Source of the DNA: Bacteroidales bacterium
GTDB lineage: Bacteria; Bacteroidota; Bacteroidia; Bacteroidales; UBA12077
Length of the DNA stretch: 64,000 nt
Assembly (NCBI GenBank): GCA_028282585.1
Contig: JANQHR010000034.1
Span: forward strand, 18,068 to 82,067
Direction of reading: 5' to 3'
In this document: piece by piece, positions 1 to 9,237 of the stretch
Numbering within the stretch: position 1 is the first letter of the stretch
How the letters are laid out: every line of letters begins with the position of its first letter
Translations under genes and position numbers: made by a program
Notes under the pieces: generated by a model
The model's database searches: none
Seen by the model: the letters and a program-made list of their open reading frames with translations, nothing else
Told to the model about the DNA's origin: nothing

Positions 1-603
1 TTTCTCAGATTTAGTTGTGCTTAATACATCTTTTAAGAAATCTTTAACTTCAATTAGGTCAAGTAAATCTGTATCGGTCGTGTTTAATAGCTTTAGAAAT
101 TCCGAGATCAGGAAATTCTGATGTTTTTCAGATTTGTCATTTATGCGTAATGATTTAATGATCTTTGAAATAATCCCGGTTGTAAGTTCAGGCTTCTCTT
201 TTATTATTTTACCTGAGTTGCTGATACAATATTTAATTGTTGATATTTTTTCGTCATTAAGTTGTTTATAATAATCATCAATTATATGTTCAAAAAGATT
301 ATCCTTATCCACAACCATCAAGTTAGCTATCAGGTGCATACCATAATTTCTGTGGTATGAATTTTTATAGTGAAGCAAAGAAGAGAATTTAGCCCAATAA
401 CAATAAAATAACGAAGGTTCAACCTTTGTTGCCTCATCAAGAATCATATAAGAGTGGTAATAAACATTAATTGAATCAGTATCCAATAAATGCTTAACCA
501 AAATGTCTCTGAAATCTTTTTGACTTTTAGCTAAATCGAAATAAGGAGTAATATCAGCTTTAGTATCTGAAACAATTTGCAAATATTTATTCTCATCAAT
601 CAT
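1..603 (-). CDS. hypothetical protein, possibly alpha-helical/HEAT-like (3' end beyond window edge)
   Basis: ATG at 603 (CAT 601-603); frame read by hand is open to position 1 (MIDENKYLQIVSDTKADITPYF...); absent from the ORF track because the stop is outside the window. Confidence 0.7.
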   Translation of the reverse strand, partial: MIDENKYLQIVSDTKADITPYFDLAKSQKDFRDILVKHLLDTDSINVYYHSYMILDEATKVEPSLFYCYWAKFSSLLHYKNSYHRNYGMHLIANLMVVDKDNLFEHIIDDYYKQLNDEKISTIKYCISNSGKIIKEKPELTTGIISKIIKSLRINDKSEKHQNFLISEFLKLLNTTDTDLLDLIEVKDFLKDVLSTTKSEK

Positions 604-725
604 ATTTAGTTAATTAATATCGTACTTATATCTTGTTTTGCAGGGTGTTTAGTCAATTTTTACTTGTTTTTCTATCTAAAAATATTTTTATTAACTCTCG
701 TAAATAACTTGCAATGTTACTATAC

Positions 726-1289
726 TTAATTTCTTTTAAATGGTAACTTCCAAACATTTTTAAACGGAATAATCATGGATGTTCTTTTTTTATAATCAAG
801 ATAATCATCCCCAAAATCGTCGAATAATCTTTTTTCTTCGGTTCGTTTAAGATAGATTATAATAATCAATAAAAAAGACAAGCAAAAAATTAAAGAACCT
901 AATGAGTTAACTATTAAAGCGATTGCAAAATAGATAGAATTTATTCCAAAAACCATTGGATTTCTTGTATACTTATACGGCCCGGTGATAACTAATTTCT
1001 TTGAACGAGGACTTATTTCAATATTAAACACATCCGTTGGTCCTCCTTTACCTATTCTAAACAAATTAATATTTGACCAAATCGTAAATACCAATCCTGT
1101 TAATAACAATAATGCGGTGATCAGTATCCTTGGAGTAGTAGAATTTAAAATAGATGTACTAAAAAAGCTATGTTTGATTTTCGAGATTGAATAAATTATT
1201 ACCGGAATAACGATCACAAAAACCAAAAGTCCAATTGTATACCCACTTATATGCTTATATTTTTCTTGTTTAGATATTTCAACGCGCAT
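726..1289 (-). CDS. isoprenylcysteine carboxylmethyltransferase/PEMT family membrane protein
   Basis: TM helices plus LVITGPYKYTRNPM and EEKRLFDDFGDDYLDYKKRT..IP motifs. Confidence 0.85.
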   Translation of the reverse strand: MRVEISKQEKYKHISGYTIGLLVFVIVIPVIIYSISKIKHSFFSTSILNSTTPRILITALLLLTGLVFTIWSNINLFRIGKGGPTDVFNIEISPRSKKLVITGPYKYTRNPMVFGINSIYFAIALIVNSLGSLIFCLSFLLIIIIYLKRTEEKRLFDDFGDDYLDYKKRTSMIIPFKNVWKLPFKRN

Positions 1290-1349
1290 CGTTTTATGTA
1301 TGGTAAATCTTTAGATTAGTAAAGTCGATTAAGTTTTAGGTTGTTCAAA

Positions 1350-1486
1350 TTTAACATTTTCTGTACTATGTTTTATAACAACCCGTTAAACATTGGCTTT
1401 TTGATTAGCAATATACTTAAATAAATACAAAAGCGATTCAAGTTTGCACCTGAACCGCTTTTGCTTTTACACCTTGTTGACACTGG
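1350..1486 (-). repeat. degenerate attC-like intergenic element
   Basis: right end CAAGTTTGCACCTGAACCGCTTTTGCTTTTACACCTTGTTGACACTGG lies a few bp from the upstream gene's stop and resembles the other elements; left boundary approximate. Confidence 0.4.
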
Positions 1487-1489
1487 TTT

Positions 1490-2509
1490 TTATTTCATAT
1501 ATTTATCAAAAAACTCAATCATCTTTTCAGGATGAACACCAAAATAATTGTAACCGTCAAATCTTCTATTTGTTCCTTCAATCCAGAATAACTCTTTTTC
1601 TTCTGAGCTAATATTATCAAAGATTTCCTGAGCATCACGAGGATTATCTGTCCAAATGTCATCCAATACTTCTGCCATAAAATATGGTACTTTAACAGCA
1701 TGTGCATAGTTTTGCGGATGCATTTCACCGTTTGTAAAACCACCTAATTTTAATTGCTCAAAATCCATCAGTTCCATATAGCTCCCAACATTCATTAACT
1801 TAGCAAAAGTACTCATTAAAGCAGTCATAGAAACAGCCAATGGTCCCATAAAACACGTTAAGTCTTCAAATAATTCAGGTTTTCTGTACATTGCTTCCAT
1901 AGCTGCATTGGCACCTGTGCAACGATTGTAAAGCCCTACCATCATTTTACTTAACTTTGGATGGTTTTGCACATACTTTTGAGCACCAACCACATCACGC
2001 CATTCATACCTGCCAATTCCGCAAATACCTCCATTTGCTGCTCCACTATTTCCATGATTACGTAAATCATAAGCCAAAATATTATATCCTGATCTTGATA
2101 GATGCCCCATGTGTGCGACAAAATCTATTTCCAAAGTGTCAACATTTGAAAATGGTTCGCCAAAATGACCTGTAAATCCTGAACGACTCATTGGCATCGG
2201 GTGGTTGATGATTATTAATTTATCTGATTCTCCCTGAACTGAAGGAATATACCAGCCTTCAAGTGGAGTGCCATCATCAGAAGGAAAGTAAACGTCTTCC
2301 CAAGTGTCCATGCCATGGTCGGCCGGGGTTTTGTGCACAGGTGTTCTAAACATAGGACGAACAGCAAACTCTGCTAAATACTTGATTGTTCCATATTCTT
2401 GTTCCGTAATTGTTTTTTGCTGTTCAATTGCTTTGTTATAAGATTCTTCCCCCATTCTACCCTTAAGGGTGTTGTCAATTGCGTAATCTAATGTTTTTTC
2501 AAAAGCCAT
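1490..2509 (-). CDS. alpha/beta hydrolase fold protein
   Basis: FPSDDGTPLEGWYIP and YDLRNHGNS motifs; nucleophile elbow reads NRCTG (Cys); ATG at 2509 (MAFEK) preferred over ORF-track start 2542. Confidence 0.8.
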   Translation of the reverse strand: MAFEKTLDYAIDNTLKGRMGEESYNKAIEQQKTITEQEYGTIKYLAEFAVRPMFRTPVHKTPADHGMDTWEDVYFPSDDGTPLEGWYIPSVQGESDKLIIINHPMPMSRSGFTGHFGEPFSNVDTLEIDFVAHMGHLSRSGYNILAYDLRNHGNSGAANGGICGIGRYEWRDVVGAQKYVQNHPKLSKMMVGLYNRCTGANAAMEAMYRKPELFEDLTCFMGPLAVSMTALMSTFAKLMNVGSYMELMDFEQLKLGGFTNGEMHPQNYAHAVKVPYFMAEVLDDIWTDNPRDAQEIFDNISSEEKELFWIEGTNRRFDGYNYFGVHPEKMIEFFDKYMK

Positions 2510-2599
2510 GATTATAAATTTTATAGAATTAGTTATGTGCAAATATCCCTACTATATCTATGGCTTTATGAAAACAAATTACGGCAAAAAAGATACAAT

Positions 2600-3430
2600 T
2601 TACATATGACGGAATTTTGAAGGCGTAAAACCTGTTTGTTTGCGGAATAAACGGGAAAAATAATTTGGGTATTCAAACCCTAACTGATAAGCAATTTCAG
2701 CGATTGATTTATTTTTCTCCTGGATCATTAATTTTGCAGTATCTATAATGTACTGATGAATATGGCTTAAGGCTGGCTGCCCGGTATGAAACTTAACCAA
2801 ATCACCCAGGTAATTTGATGTTACGCTTAATTCATTGGCAAAATGGTTAACGGATGGTTGAACAACAGTCTCATTCTTTTGACTTTCATAATAAGTTTTT
2901 AAAAGTGCAAAAAAATCATCTACTAATTTTATCTGGGTTGAATTTCTTTCACCAAATTGTCTTTTATAAAACCCTGCTATGTGAGCAAACATAAGGTTAC
3001 AATAGGCGACTAAAATATTGATTGAAAAATTCTTTTTTTTATATTCATACAGCGCTTTTACAAATAATTCACTTATTAATTTTTCTTCACTTTTCATTAA
3101 AAATAAAGGCTCGTGCAAGCCATAATTAAGAAAAGAATACTCCAGGTGGTGATATTTAGTGATTAATTCTTCGTTGATATTAATAAAATAGCCAATCCAT
3201 GGGGAATCAGTTTTCCAATGTATAGCTTGATTCGGACTTGAGAAATACATAAAACCTTTTTCTTTTTCTGCTTCCAAACCATATTTTATCGAAATTCTGT
3301 AGAAGTTAGGAAATACCGGGGGAGAACTTTTTAAAAAATCAGATGGATACTCACCAATATCTATTAAATCATGCTTAGGCAATCTAACTTTAGTGTATGC
3401 ATTGAATGATTTTATATCTTTAAATTTCAT
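2600..3430 (-). CDS. AraC family transcriptional regulator
   Basis: C-terminal SIAEIAYQLGFEYPNYFSRLFRKQTGFTPSKFR; directly upstream of the hydrolase. Confidence 0.92.
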   Translation of the reverse strand: MKFKDIKSFNAYTKVRLPKHDLIDIGEYPSDFLKSSPPVFPNFYRISIKYGLEAEKEKGFMYFSSPNQAIHWKTDSPWIGYFININEELITKYHHLEYSFLNYGLHEPLFLMKSEEKLISELFVKALYEYKKKNFSINILVAYCNLMFAHIAGFYKRQFGERNSTQIKLVDDFFALLKTYYESQKNETVVQPSVNHFANELSVTSNYLGDLVKFHTGQPALSHIHQYIIDTAKLMIQEKNKSIAEIAYQLGFEYPNYFSRLFRKQTGFTPSKFRHM

Positions 3431-3443
3431 GGTCTTTTAATAA

Positions 3444-3582
3444 ATTACCGCCAATAACTCTAGCATAGTGTATTTGGCATTTTGAAATATCTGCCTGTCA
3501 GATCGATCTATGTTGTATTAATTGTTTTTATTTTCAAATTTAGCATAATCTGCCCAATGACCTATTATTTTTGCTATTCATA
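3444..3582 (-). repeat. attC-like imperfect palindromic element
   Basis: TTTGGCATTTTGAAATATCTGCCTGTCAGATCG and CAAATTTAGCATAATCTGCCCAATG align with blocks in the element at 7785-7934; arms ATTTGGCA/TGCCCAAT. Confidence 0.6.
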
Positions 3583-3592
3583 TTTGTTTTAC

Positions 3593-4267
3593 TCATTCAT
3601 TTAAATATTCTTCAATTACCGTAATGTCCAGGTTTGTTTTATTTGATATTTCTATGAGTGTCATTCCTTTTTGGTGAAGTCTTTTAGTTACACTTTGCAT
3701 TGTTTCACCAACCTCTATTAAATGATTATCAGGGTCATAAAATCGTATTGTTTTTTGTCCCCAGGATTCTTCATGGACATCGTGTAGCAACTCAATATTG
3801 CTATTTTTTAACGTAATAGCAATATTGTCTATACCGTCCATGTTAAAAACGATTAAAAAATCAGGATTTCTTGTTTTTAAGATTTTATTTTCTCCAATTT
3901 TGTTAAGTATGATATCATCATTTTCAAGTTCCCAAAGTCCAAAACCACTTTTAAAACTTAAACCTTTACCCATATCTTCTTCAATTTCCTGTTTTAAAAT
4001 ATTTGTATAAAAATCCGTAGATACTTCAATGTCCTTTACAAATAAAATGATATTACTAAATCTTATATCTCCCATTTTATGTGTTTTTTTTTGGTTTACA
4101 TTCTTAACTTCAAAACTTGATTTTATTTTAGCGCTATGTCTTTTTGAAGATGGCTTGCAGCAAGAAACCGTAAAGAGGATTGAAATAAAACATAAAATTT
4201 TAGTTAATCCTAATATATATTTCGTGAAAAAATCTTTGTAATTTATGTTTAGCACTTTTGCCCGCAT
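3593..4267 (-). CDS. VOC/glyoxalase family protein
   Basis: LFVKDIEVSTDFY and EESWGQKTIRFYDPDNHLIEVGE; start may be the ATG at 4075 (MGDIRF). Confidence 0.85.
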   Translation of the reverse strand: MRAKVLNINYKDFFTKYILGLTKILCFISILFTVSCCKPSSKRHSAKIKSSFEVKNVNQKKTHKMGDIRFSNIILFVKDIEVSTDFYTNILKQEIEEDMGKGLSFKSGFGLWELENDDIILNKIGENKILKTRNPDFLIVFNMDGIDNIAITLKNSNIELLHDVHEESWGQKTIRFYDPDNHLIEVGETMQSVTKRLHQKGMTLIEISNKTNLDITVIEEYLNE

Positions 4268-4282
4268 TATGTATAACCAATT

Positions 4283-5449
4283 TTAGGTGCTTTTATTCTT
4301 TTTTCTCGATATTAAAAATAGTATTGATGTCAATATTAGCATCAATCCCGATGAAATGTAAAAAGCATAAGTCAGGCTAAACTGACTGATAAAAATTCCT
4401 ATGATCAAGGGTGAAATAAATTGACCAAGAAACATGGTTGAAGATATTCCACCGATAATCTTTCCGCGATTTTTAATGGATACAACTTCCATTAGCCATA
4501 GGTTGCAATTTGGCATCAATAAACCAATTCCGAGCCCCGCAATAGCAAGACCAAGAAGTATTCCTGCATAAGTCACATTTTGGGCTATCAAAAAATAACC
4601 TAATGATATGAATAGAAAGGAAATAACGAAAATTTCCGGGAAACTAAAAATCTTTTTAATCGCTCCATATTTTATAGATGTTATTGCTCCTGTTAAAGTT
4701 GTTAGCGCTATTGCCACACCATTTAAGGTATTATTGATCTCTAACCTTTCATTAAGCAGAAATGGGATTTGTGTGGGAATCATATAGAAAAACACCATCC
4801 CCAAAAAACCGATTAAATAGACTAAAGCGACTATTTTTGCGTTTCTGTTTACAGTCATTTCCTGATTGCCTCTAATGTTTTCATAACCATCTTCTTTTTT
4901 AGGTTCGTAAAGAACAAATATTACCAATGGCAAAATCAAAAACGCAGCGAGATACAAAATAAAGGGAAACCTCCAATTCATATCCGCTAACAAGCCGCCT
5001 GCTGTTAAGAAAACTACGCCACCTAAAGACATAAAGGCTGCTTGACTACCAACAAAAGAATTACGTTCTTCTCCATCAAAATAATCGCTAATTAAGGTTG
5101 TTGCGATACTCATTATACCTGACACACCAATCCCAAGGATTGCACGACTTAGAAGAAGCAATTCAATTTGGCTAATAAAGTACCCGCTAAATCCACCTAT
5201 TCCATAGATTATAAGTGAATAAACCAATAAATTTTTTCTGCCCCATTTGTCTGAGAGTGTTCCCATAATAGTTCCGAAGAAGGCAATGATGAGGGCAGGC
5301 ATTGTTATGATGAGCTTAATAACTATATCGGAGGACTCAGAAAAAAAACTTGCAATTTCTGTTAATGCAGGGGCTATTATTGCACCTGCCATAACAGTCA
5401 TTGAACTGGCAAAAAGTAATACTGCTTTTATTTTTGTGTTTTGTTTCAT
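4283..5449 (-). CDS. MFS transporter
   Basis: motif A GTLSDKWGRK, about 12 hydrophobic segments, WRFPF. Confidence 0.93.
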   Translation of the reverse strand: MKQNTKIKAVLLFASSMTVMAGAIIAPALTEIASFFSESSDIVIKLIITMPALIIAFFGTIMGTLSDKWGRKNLLVYSLIIYGIGGFSGYFISQIELLLLSRAILGIGVSGIMSIATTLISDYFDGEERNSFVGSQAAFMSLGGVVFLTAGGLLADMNWRFPFILYLAAFLILPLVIFVLYEPKKEDGYENIRGNQEMTVNRNAKIVALVYLIGFLGMVFFYMIPTQIPFLLNERLEINNTLNGVAIALTTLTGAITSIKYGAIKKIFSFPEIFVISFLFISLGYFLIAQNVTYAGILLGLAIAGLGIGLLMPNCNLWLMEVVSIKNRGKIIGGISSTMFLGQFISPLIIGIFISQFSLTYAFYISSGLMLILTSILFLISRKKNKST

Positions 5450-5459
5450 TTTGTTCTAA

Positions 5460-5615
5460 TTAGACTTAACGATCTCGGATATAAGTTGACTCGTCCTAAA
5501 AAAAGTTTACAGATTCCTAATTATCAGAAAGGCTTTTGTTTACTTTCATAAATTTGATTTTTTCTGTTTTAAAAAAGAAGTTAGGAGTGAATTTTATTTT
5601 GCATATTTTAGGAAT
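5460..5615 (-). repeat. attC-like element (divergent subtype)
   Basis: minus-strand core GTTAAGT (plus-strand ACTTAAC 5464-5470) just upstream of the MFS start; arms CTCGTCCTAA/TTAGGAGTGA. Confidence 0.45.
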
Positions 5616-5623
5616 TCTAAAAA

Positions 5624-5974
5624 TTATTTTAGTTTACCTATGTGACTTTTCCAATTTTTTGTTTTCAAAAGAAATTTATCATAACCTTCATTTTTTATAA
5701 AATTCAAGGACTCTTGGCATTTTTTATTATCACGAGTTCCTATCTTAAATTTATTGTTGAAGATTTTACAATTAGAAAATTGATCACAATCAGCGCAGGT
5801 GTCTAATTTTTTGTCCCGAAAACAGCACAATTTAATTTTACATTTGGCTTTGTTAATATCTCTTTCTTTTGTGTCATATCCTATCTTACAACCTTTACAG
5901 CTTTTATCCACAAAAGCTTTGCATTTTTCACAATAAGCACCGCAACATCCTATGTAAATTTTTGATTTTTTCAT
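5624..5974 (-). CDS. Cys-rich DUF3795-like protein
   Basis: GCCGAYCEKC..CKGC..CKIKLCC..CADC..C pattern. Confidence 0.8.
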   Translation of the reverse strand: MKKSKIYIGCCGAYCEKCKAFVDKSCKGCKIGYDTKERDINKAKCKIKLCCFRDKKLDTCADCDQFSNCKIFNNKFKIGTRDNKKCQESLNFIKNEGYDKFLLKTKNWKSHIGKLK

Positions 5975-5975
5975 A

Positions 5976-6371
5976 CTATCCCTTTTTTACCAACCAATAT
6001 ATTTCCGAAGTTATTAATATTATTGCAAAATCAACCAATAAATCCCATCTGAAAAAATGACTTAGGTGGCTTTGACCAGATGGAAGGACAAACATTGGAA
6101 CTGTTATAGTGGATTCTAAAATTAAATTTATAACAAACCAGATAAAACCTAAGAGAAATCCATTTGGTTTTTCACTTGATTTATAATACCAAAATGAAAT
6201 AATTAAAGTAGCGAGAATCACACTGATGAAATGTATTGCTAGTGGTACTGGTGACCAAATGCAAGCATCTTTAATGGGGAAGATGAAGGCTTGTATTGAT
6301 ACTAGTATGTCAATGAGTATCCATAAAATAACCCCAAGTATAATTGCTTTTATTTTTGTATTTTGTTTCAT
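5976..6371 (-). CDS. hypothetical membrane protein (about 4 TM)
   Basis: hydrophobic segments; stop abuts the next gene's start. Confidence 0.75.
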   Translation of the reverse strand: MKQNTKIKAIILGVILWILIDILVSIQAFIFPIKDACIWSPVPLAIHFISVILATLIISFWYYKSSEKPNGFLLGFIWFVINLILESTITVPMFVLPSGQSHLSHFFRWDLLVDFAIILITSEIYWLVKKG

Positions 6372-6380
6372 TTCGTTCTA

Positions 6381-6518
6381 ATTGCACTTACGTTCGGTGT
6401 ATGCGTAGTGCGGGATTTAAAGTATTTTCTTGTCAAACTAAGATAAAACTTAATAAAAGAAATGACTTAAAATTCCACTCTATCATCCGCATGGCGTATG
6501 ATACATGGTTATATAAGT
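6381..6518 (-). repeat. attC-like imperfect palindromic element
   Basis: arms GTGTATGCGTAGTGCGG / CCGCATGGCGTATGATAC; minus strand begins TTATATAAC just after the upstream stop and ends CGTAAGTGCAAT. Confidence 0.65.
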
Positions 6519-6521
6519 TAC

Positions 6522-7736
6522 TTATTCTGCTGTTTCCAGTTTTGTAATTTTTTCTTTTAGTTCTTCATTTTCTTCCGAAAGCCTATTCAATTGTTCTTTC
6601 ATAGCTTTAGTTTCTTTATTTTGTTCTATCATATAAAGAGTCAATTCTTCTATTTTCTGCAAAAGTTTAGCATTCATTTTTCCAACTTCAATTCCATTCT
6701 CTAAAATTTCTTTTTCCGATGGAATATCAGGTAAATGATTATTTTCTTCAATAAAACTTTCAACTGATTCTAAGTCTTTCAATTCATAGTCTTTGTTAAA
6801 CACAAAATCAGACCAAGCACCTGTTTCAACAATAATTTCTCTTGCACCAATTGTTCCGTCTACAGCTAATCTATGTGTACCTGTTGAAGTAGTTCCGATT
6901 CCAACAACACCAGATGTTATAGCAAAATAAGCACTTCCTTTAGATTCAATTTTTCCATTTCTAGCACAAAACCGAATATTCCAGTCAGAATTATTGGTGT
7001 TTATTCCACCCGTGGTTGGATTATAAATACCAAGCTTATACCAAACAGATAATCGTACATTATCTAATCCATCTTGCGTTCCCTTCCAAAAATATGAAGT
7101 TCCAACTGAAGGTATAAATACTTTATAATCTGAATCAAATCTTGTATCGCCACCTTTAACTTGAAGCTTGCAACTTGGTGCATTCGTCCCAATTCCTACA
7201 TTTCCATCGCCTCTAACTACCATTAAGTTATTTACCGTTCCTGAACCAGTTTTTGCTCTTAAATATAACGAATAATCATTAGCAGTATTTCCCGGTGCAT
7301 CAGCAGTAATTGCAGTATTAGCTGGACCACTTACACCGTTGTCATACGTCACAACTAATTTACTACCAGGAACTGTTGTCCCAATTCCAACATTGCCATT
7401 TTTTAAAGTCATTTCAGTTTTAAAATATGTTCCATTAAAAGACGTAAAATCTAATCTCGGACTTGATCCTTGTGATGTATTATAATTAATAATACTTTCT
7501 CCGTGACTAGCTGAATAATTCCAACCCAAAGCTAAACCTTGTGAAGTTTTTGGATTATTATTTCCATTTAAATTATTTTCGAAATACACCCACGCATCTT
7601 CACCTATATCATAAACATGTAAAATACCTTTTGGGTTGGTTCTTTTCAATCCAACCTTATCTCCGGTTTCCGTAATTTGAGCAAAAGAAAATTGTGCAAT
7701 TAGTGTTAAGAATAGAATACTTACTATTTTTCTCAT
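6522..7736 (-). CDS. secreted protein with GNVGIGT repeats and a C-terminal tail-fibre chaperone-like/coiled-coil region
   Basis: signal peptide (..FSFA|Q), three GxVGIGT motifs, WSDFVF..NHLPDIPS..LLQKIEELTLY. Confidence 0.85.
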   Translation of the reverse strand: MRKIVSILFLTLIAQFSFAQITETGDKVGLKRTNPKGILHVYDIGEDAWVYFENNLNGNNNPKTSQGLALGWNYSASHGESIINYNTSQGSSPRLDFTSFNGTYFKTEMTLKNGNVGIGTTVPGSKLVVTYDNGVSGPANTAITADAPGNTANDYSLYLRAKTGSGTVNNLMVVRGDGNVGIGTNAPSCKLQVKGGDTRFDSDYKVFIPSVGTSYFWKGTQDGLDNVRLSVWYKLGIYNPTTGGINTNNSDWNIRFCARNGKIESKGSAYFAITSGVVGIGTTSTGTHRLAVDGTIGAREIIVETGAWSDFVFNKDYELKDLESVESFIEENNHLPDIPSEKEILENGIEVGKMNAKLLQKIEELTLYMIEQNKETKAMKEQLNRLSEENEELKEKITKLETAE

Positions 7737-7784
7737 TTTTTTTATATTTAAATGTATTAATTATTTGCATTTACGTTCTACAGA

Positions 7785-7934
7785 TTAGTTTATAGCGGTT
7801 CGGCTGATATGGGGAGCGTTTGGCATTTCAAAGCACTAACTTATCAAATCGCTATGCCGTTAATTAAATATTGTTTCATTCAAATATAGCACTTTCAGCG
7901 CAATGTTTTATGAGCACCGCGTGTTGTAACTAGT
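7785..7934 (-). repeat. attC-like imperfect palindromic element
   Basis: homologous to 3444-3582; minus-strand start ACTAGTTACAAC contains the TAG stop of the upstream gene. Confidence 0.65.
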
Positions 7935-9192
7935 GCTTGTTATTAGTTTTATCCACAATCCCTATAAAATATTCGTTCTTTTCTGGGTCATACTTATAAT
8001 ATGACAAATCAATGAATCCATAATTAGTATCAATTACTTCACTCAACATTGCTAATCCAATATTTGGATCAGTAGAACTAACTGCTGAGTTTCCATCTTG
8101 ATATTCTTTTAGCAACCTTCCCATGTATAACTCATCAAAAATCCCCCAACATTTAAATGCAATTAATTCACACCTTCCTTTCATAAGGGACTTTAAATTA
8201 TCCCAAGTGGTATATCCTTCTTCTCTTGGAGTACAAAAATTCTTTAAAAATTCAATTCCAGCATCTGTGATAGCTCCAAGCGATTTGCCATGCCCCTCGG
8301 GACAGTAATTTACTATAATATCAATTAATTTTTCAGTCATATCATTTGGCTCAAATTCTTCATCATGAAAAAGTCTTTCTATTGATTGAAATGGAGCAAA
8401 ATTTAATATTGTAATACTATATGGAGCGAGACTCGAAGGTGAGGTATCTCTCCATAAGAATGCAAATCCATGATTCTTTTGTGAATAACCTTTAGTTGCG
8501 ATAACAGATAATGCCGTTTTCATTTGTTCTAAATGAGGGTCAAAAAGATCTCTGTTCTCAGGTTCAGAATATAAGTTGTAATCGTACAAGCATATTTGAA
8601 ATCCACCAAGATGCTTTGGGCTAAGCTTTAAAGCAACATTTTTATCACAAAGTATCCCAATGTCTATTATTTTCAATTTTTTAACCCCATTATCAATAAT
8701 TGGTTCCAAACAGATAATATTTTTCTGTAACCAAAATATTTCATTAAATAAATAATGTTTTAGTAAAGTTGTCCACTCTGTTGAGATAATTACATTGATA
8801 ACATCTCCTTCTGAAATAAATGGGATATATGATTTTATCTCACTCGCATATGCTGATATTTCAGTTCCAGCCTGCCTTGATGGTCCTACTAAATTTTTTA
8901 ACTCAACTATTACAATGCTTTCAGTTTCTGATGCATAAAGTAAAAAATCTGGTTTTAAAGAATCTTTAGGATTTAACGATATATTTTCATTTTCAGATAA
9001 AATTTCATTTATATGAAGAGATTTGCAACAATACTCAAAGCTTTCAAACACTTTCTTATCTGCTAGAGATGATACTTTACAATTATCTAAGTAATCATTA
9101 TTCTTAATTAGGTCTGATAATCCTGTTTCTTTTTTAAGTTGCTTACTAAGCCACTCTTGCATATCAGATTCAGAATTAAAAATTTTATTCAT
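7930..9192 (-). CDS. hypothetical protein with N-terminal PD-(D/E)XK nuclease-like domain
   Basis: ESDMQEWL ... LKPDFLL ... IVIVELKN ... QAGTEISAY. Confidence 0.65.
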   Translation of the reverse strand: MNKIFNSESDMQEWLSKQLKKETGLSDLIKNNDYLDNCKVSSLADKKVFESFEYCCKSLHINEILSENENISLNPKDSLKPDFLLYASETESIVIVELKNLVGPSRQAGTEISAYASEIKSYIPFISEGDVINVIISTEWTTLLKHYLFNEIFWLQKNIICLEPIIDNGVKKLKIIDIGILCDKNVALKLSPKHLGGFQICLYDYNLYSEPENRDLFDPHLEQMKTALSVIATKGYSQKNHGFAFLWRDTSPSSLAPYSITILNFAPFQSIERLFHDEEFEPNDMTEKLIDIIVNYCPEGHGKSLGAITDAGIEFLKNFCTPREEGYTTWDNLKSLMKGRCELIAFKCWGIFDELYMGRLLKEYQDGNSAVSSTDPNIGLAMLSEVIDTNYGFIDLSYYKYDPEKNEYFIGIVDKTNNKH

Positions 9193-9212
9193 GTAAGTAT
9201 GGTTTTTCTTAC

Positions 9213-9237
9213 ATTAGCTACAACTTGTTATTATAAC
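9213..9237 (-). other. putative attI-like recombination half-site 1
   Basis: minus strand GTTATAATAACAAGTTGTAGCTAAT; matches 13642-13666 up to GTT. Confidence 0.45.

Noticed and set aside
604-725. Additional attC-like element between the first two genes
   Set aside because: Only a possible fragment (CTTATATCTTGTTTTGCAGG) is visible, with no convincing paired arms.
4076-4267. Lipoprotein-like leader (ILFTVSCC) on the VOC protein
   Set aside because: VOC homology starts at the internal ATG 4075; I cannot tell whether the extension is translated.
6522-7736. Prophage, suggested by the tail-fibre-like gene
   Set aside because: The protein has a Sec signal peptide, and no capsid, terminase, portal or integrase genes are in the window.
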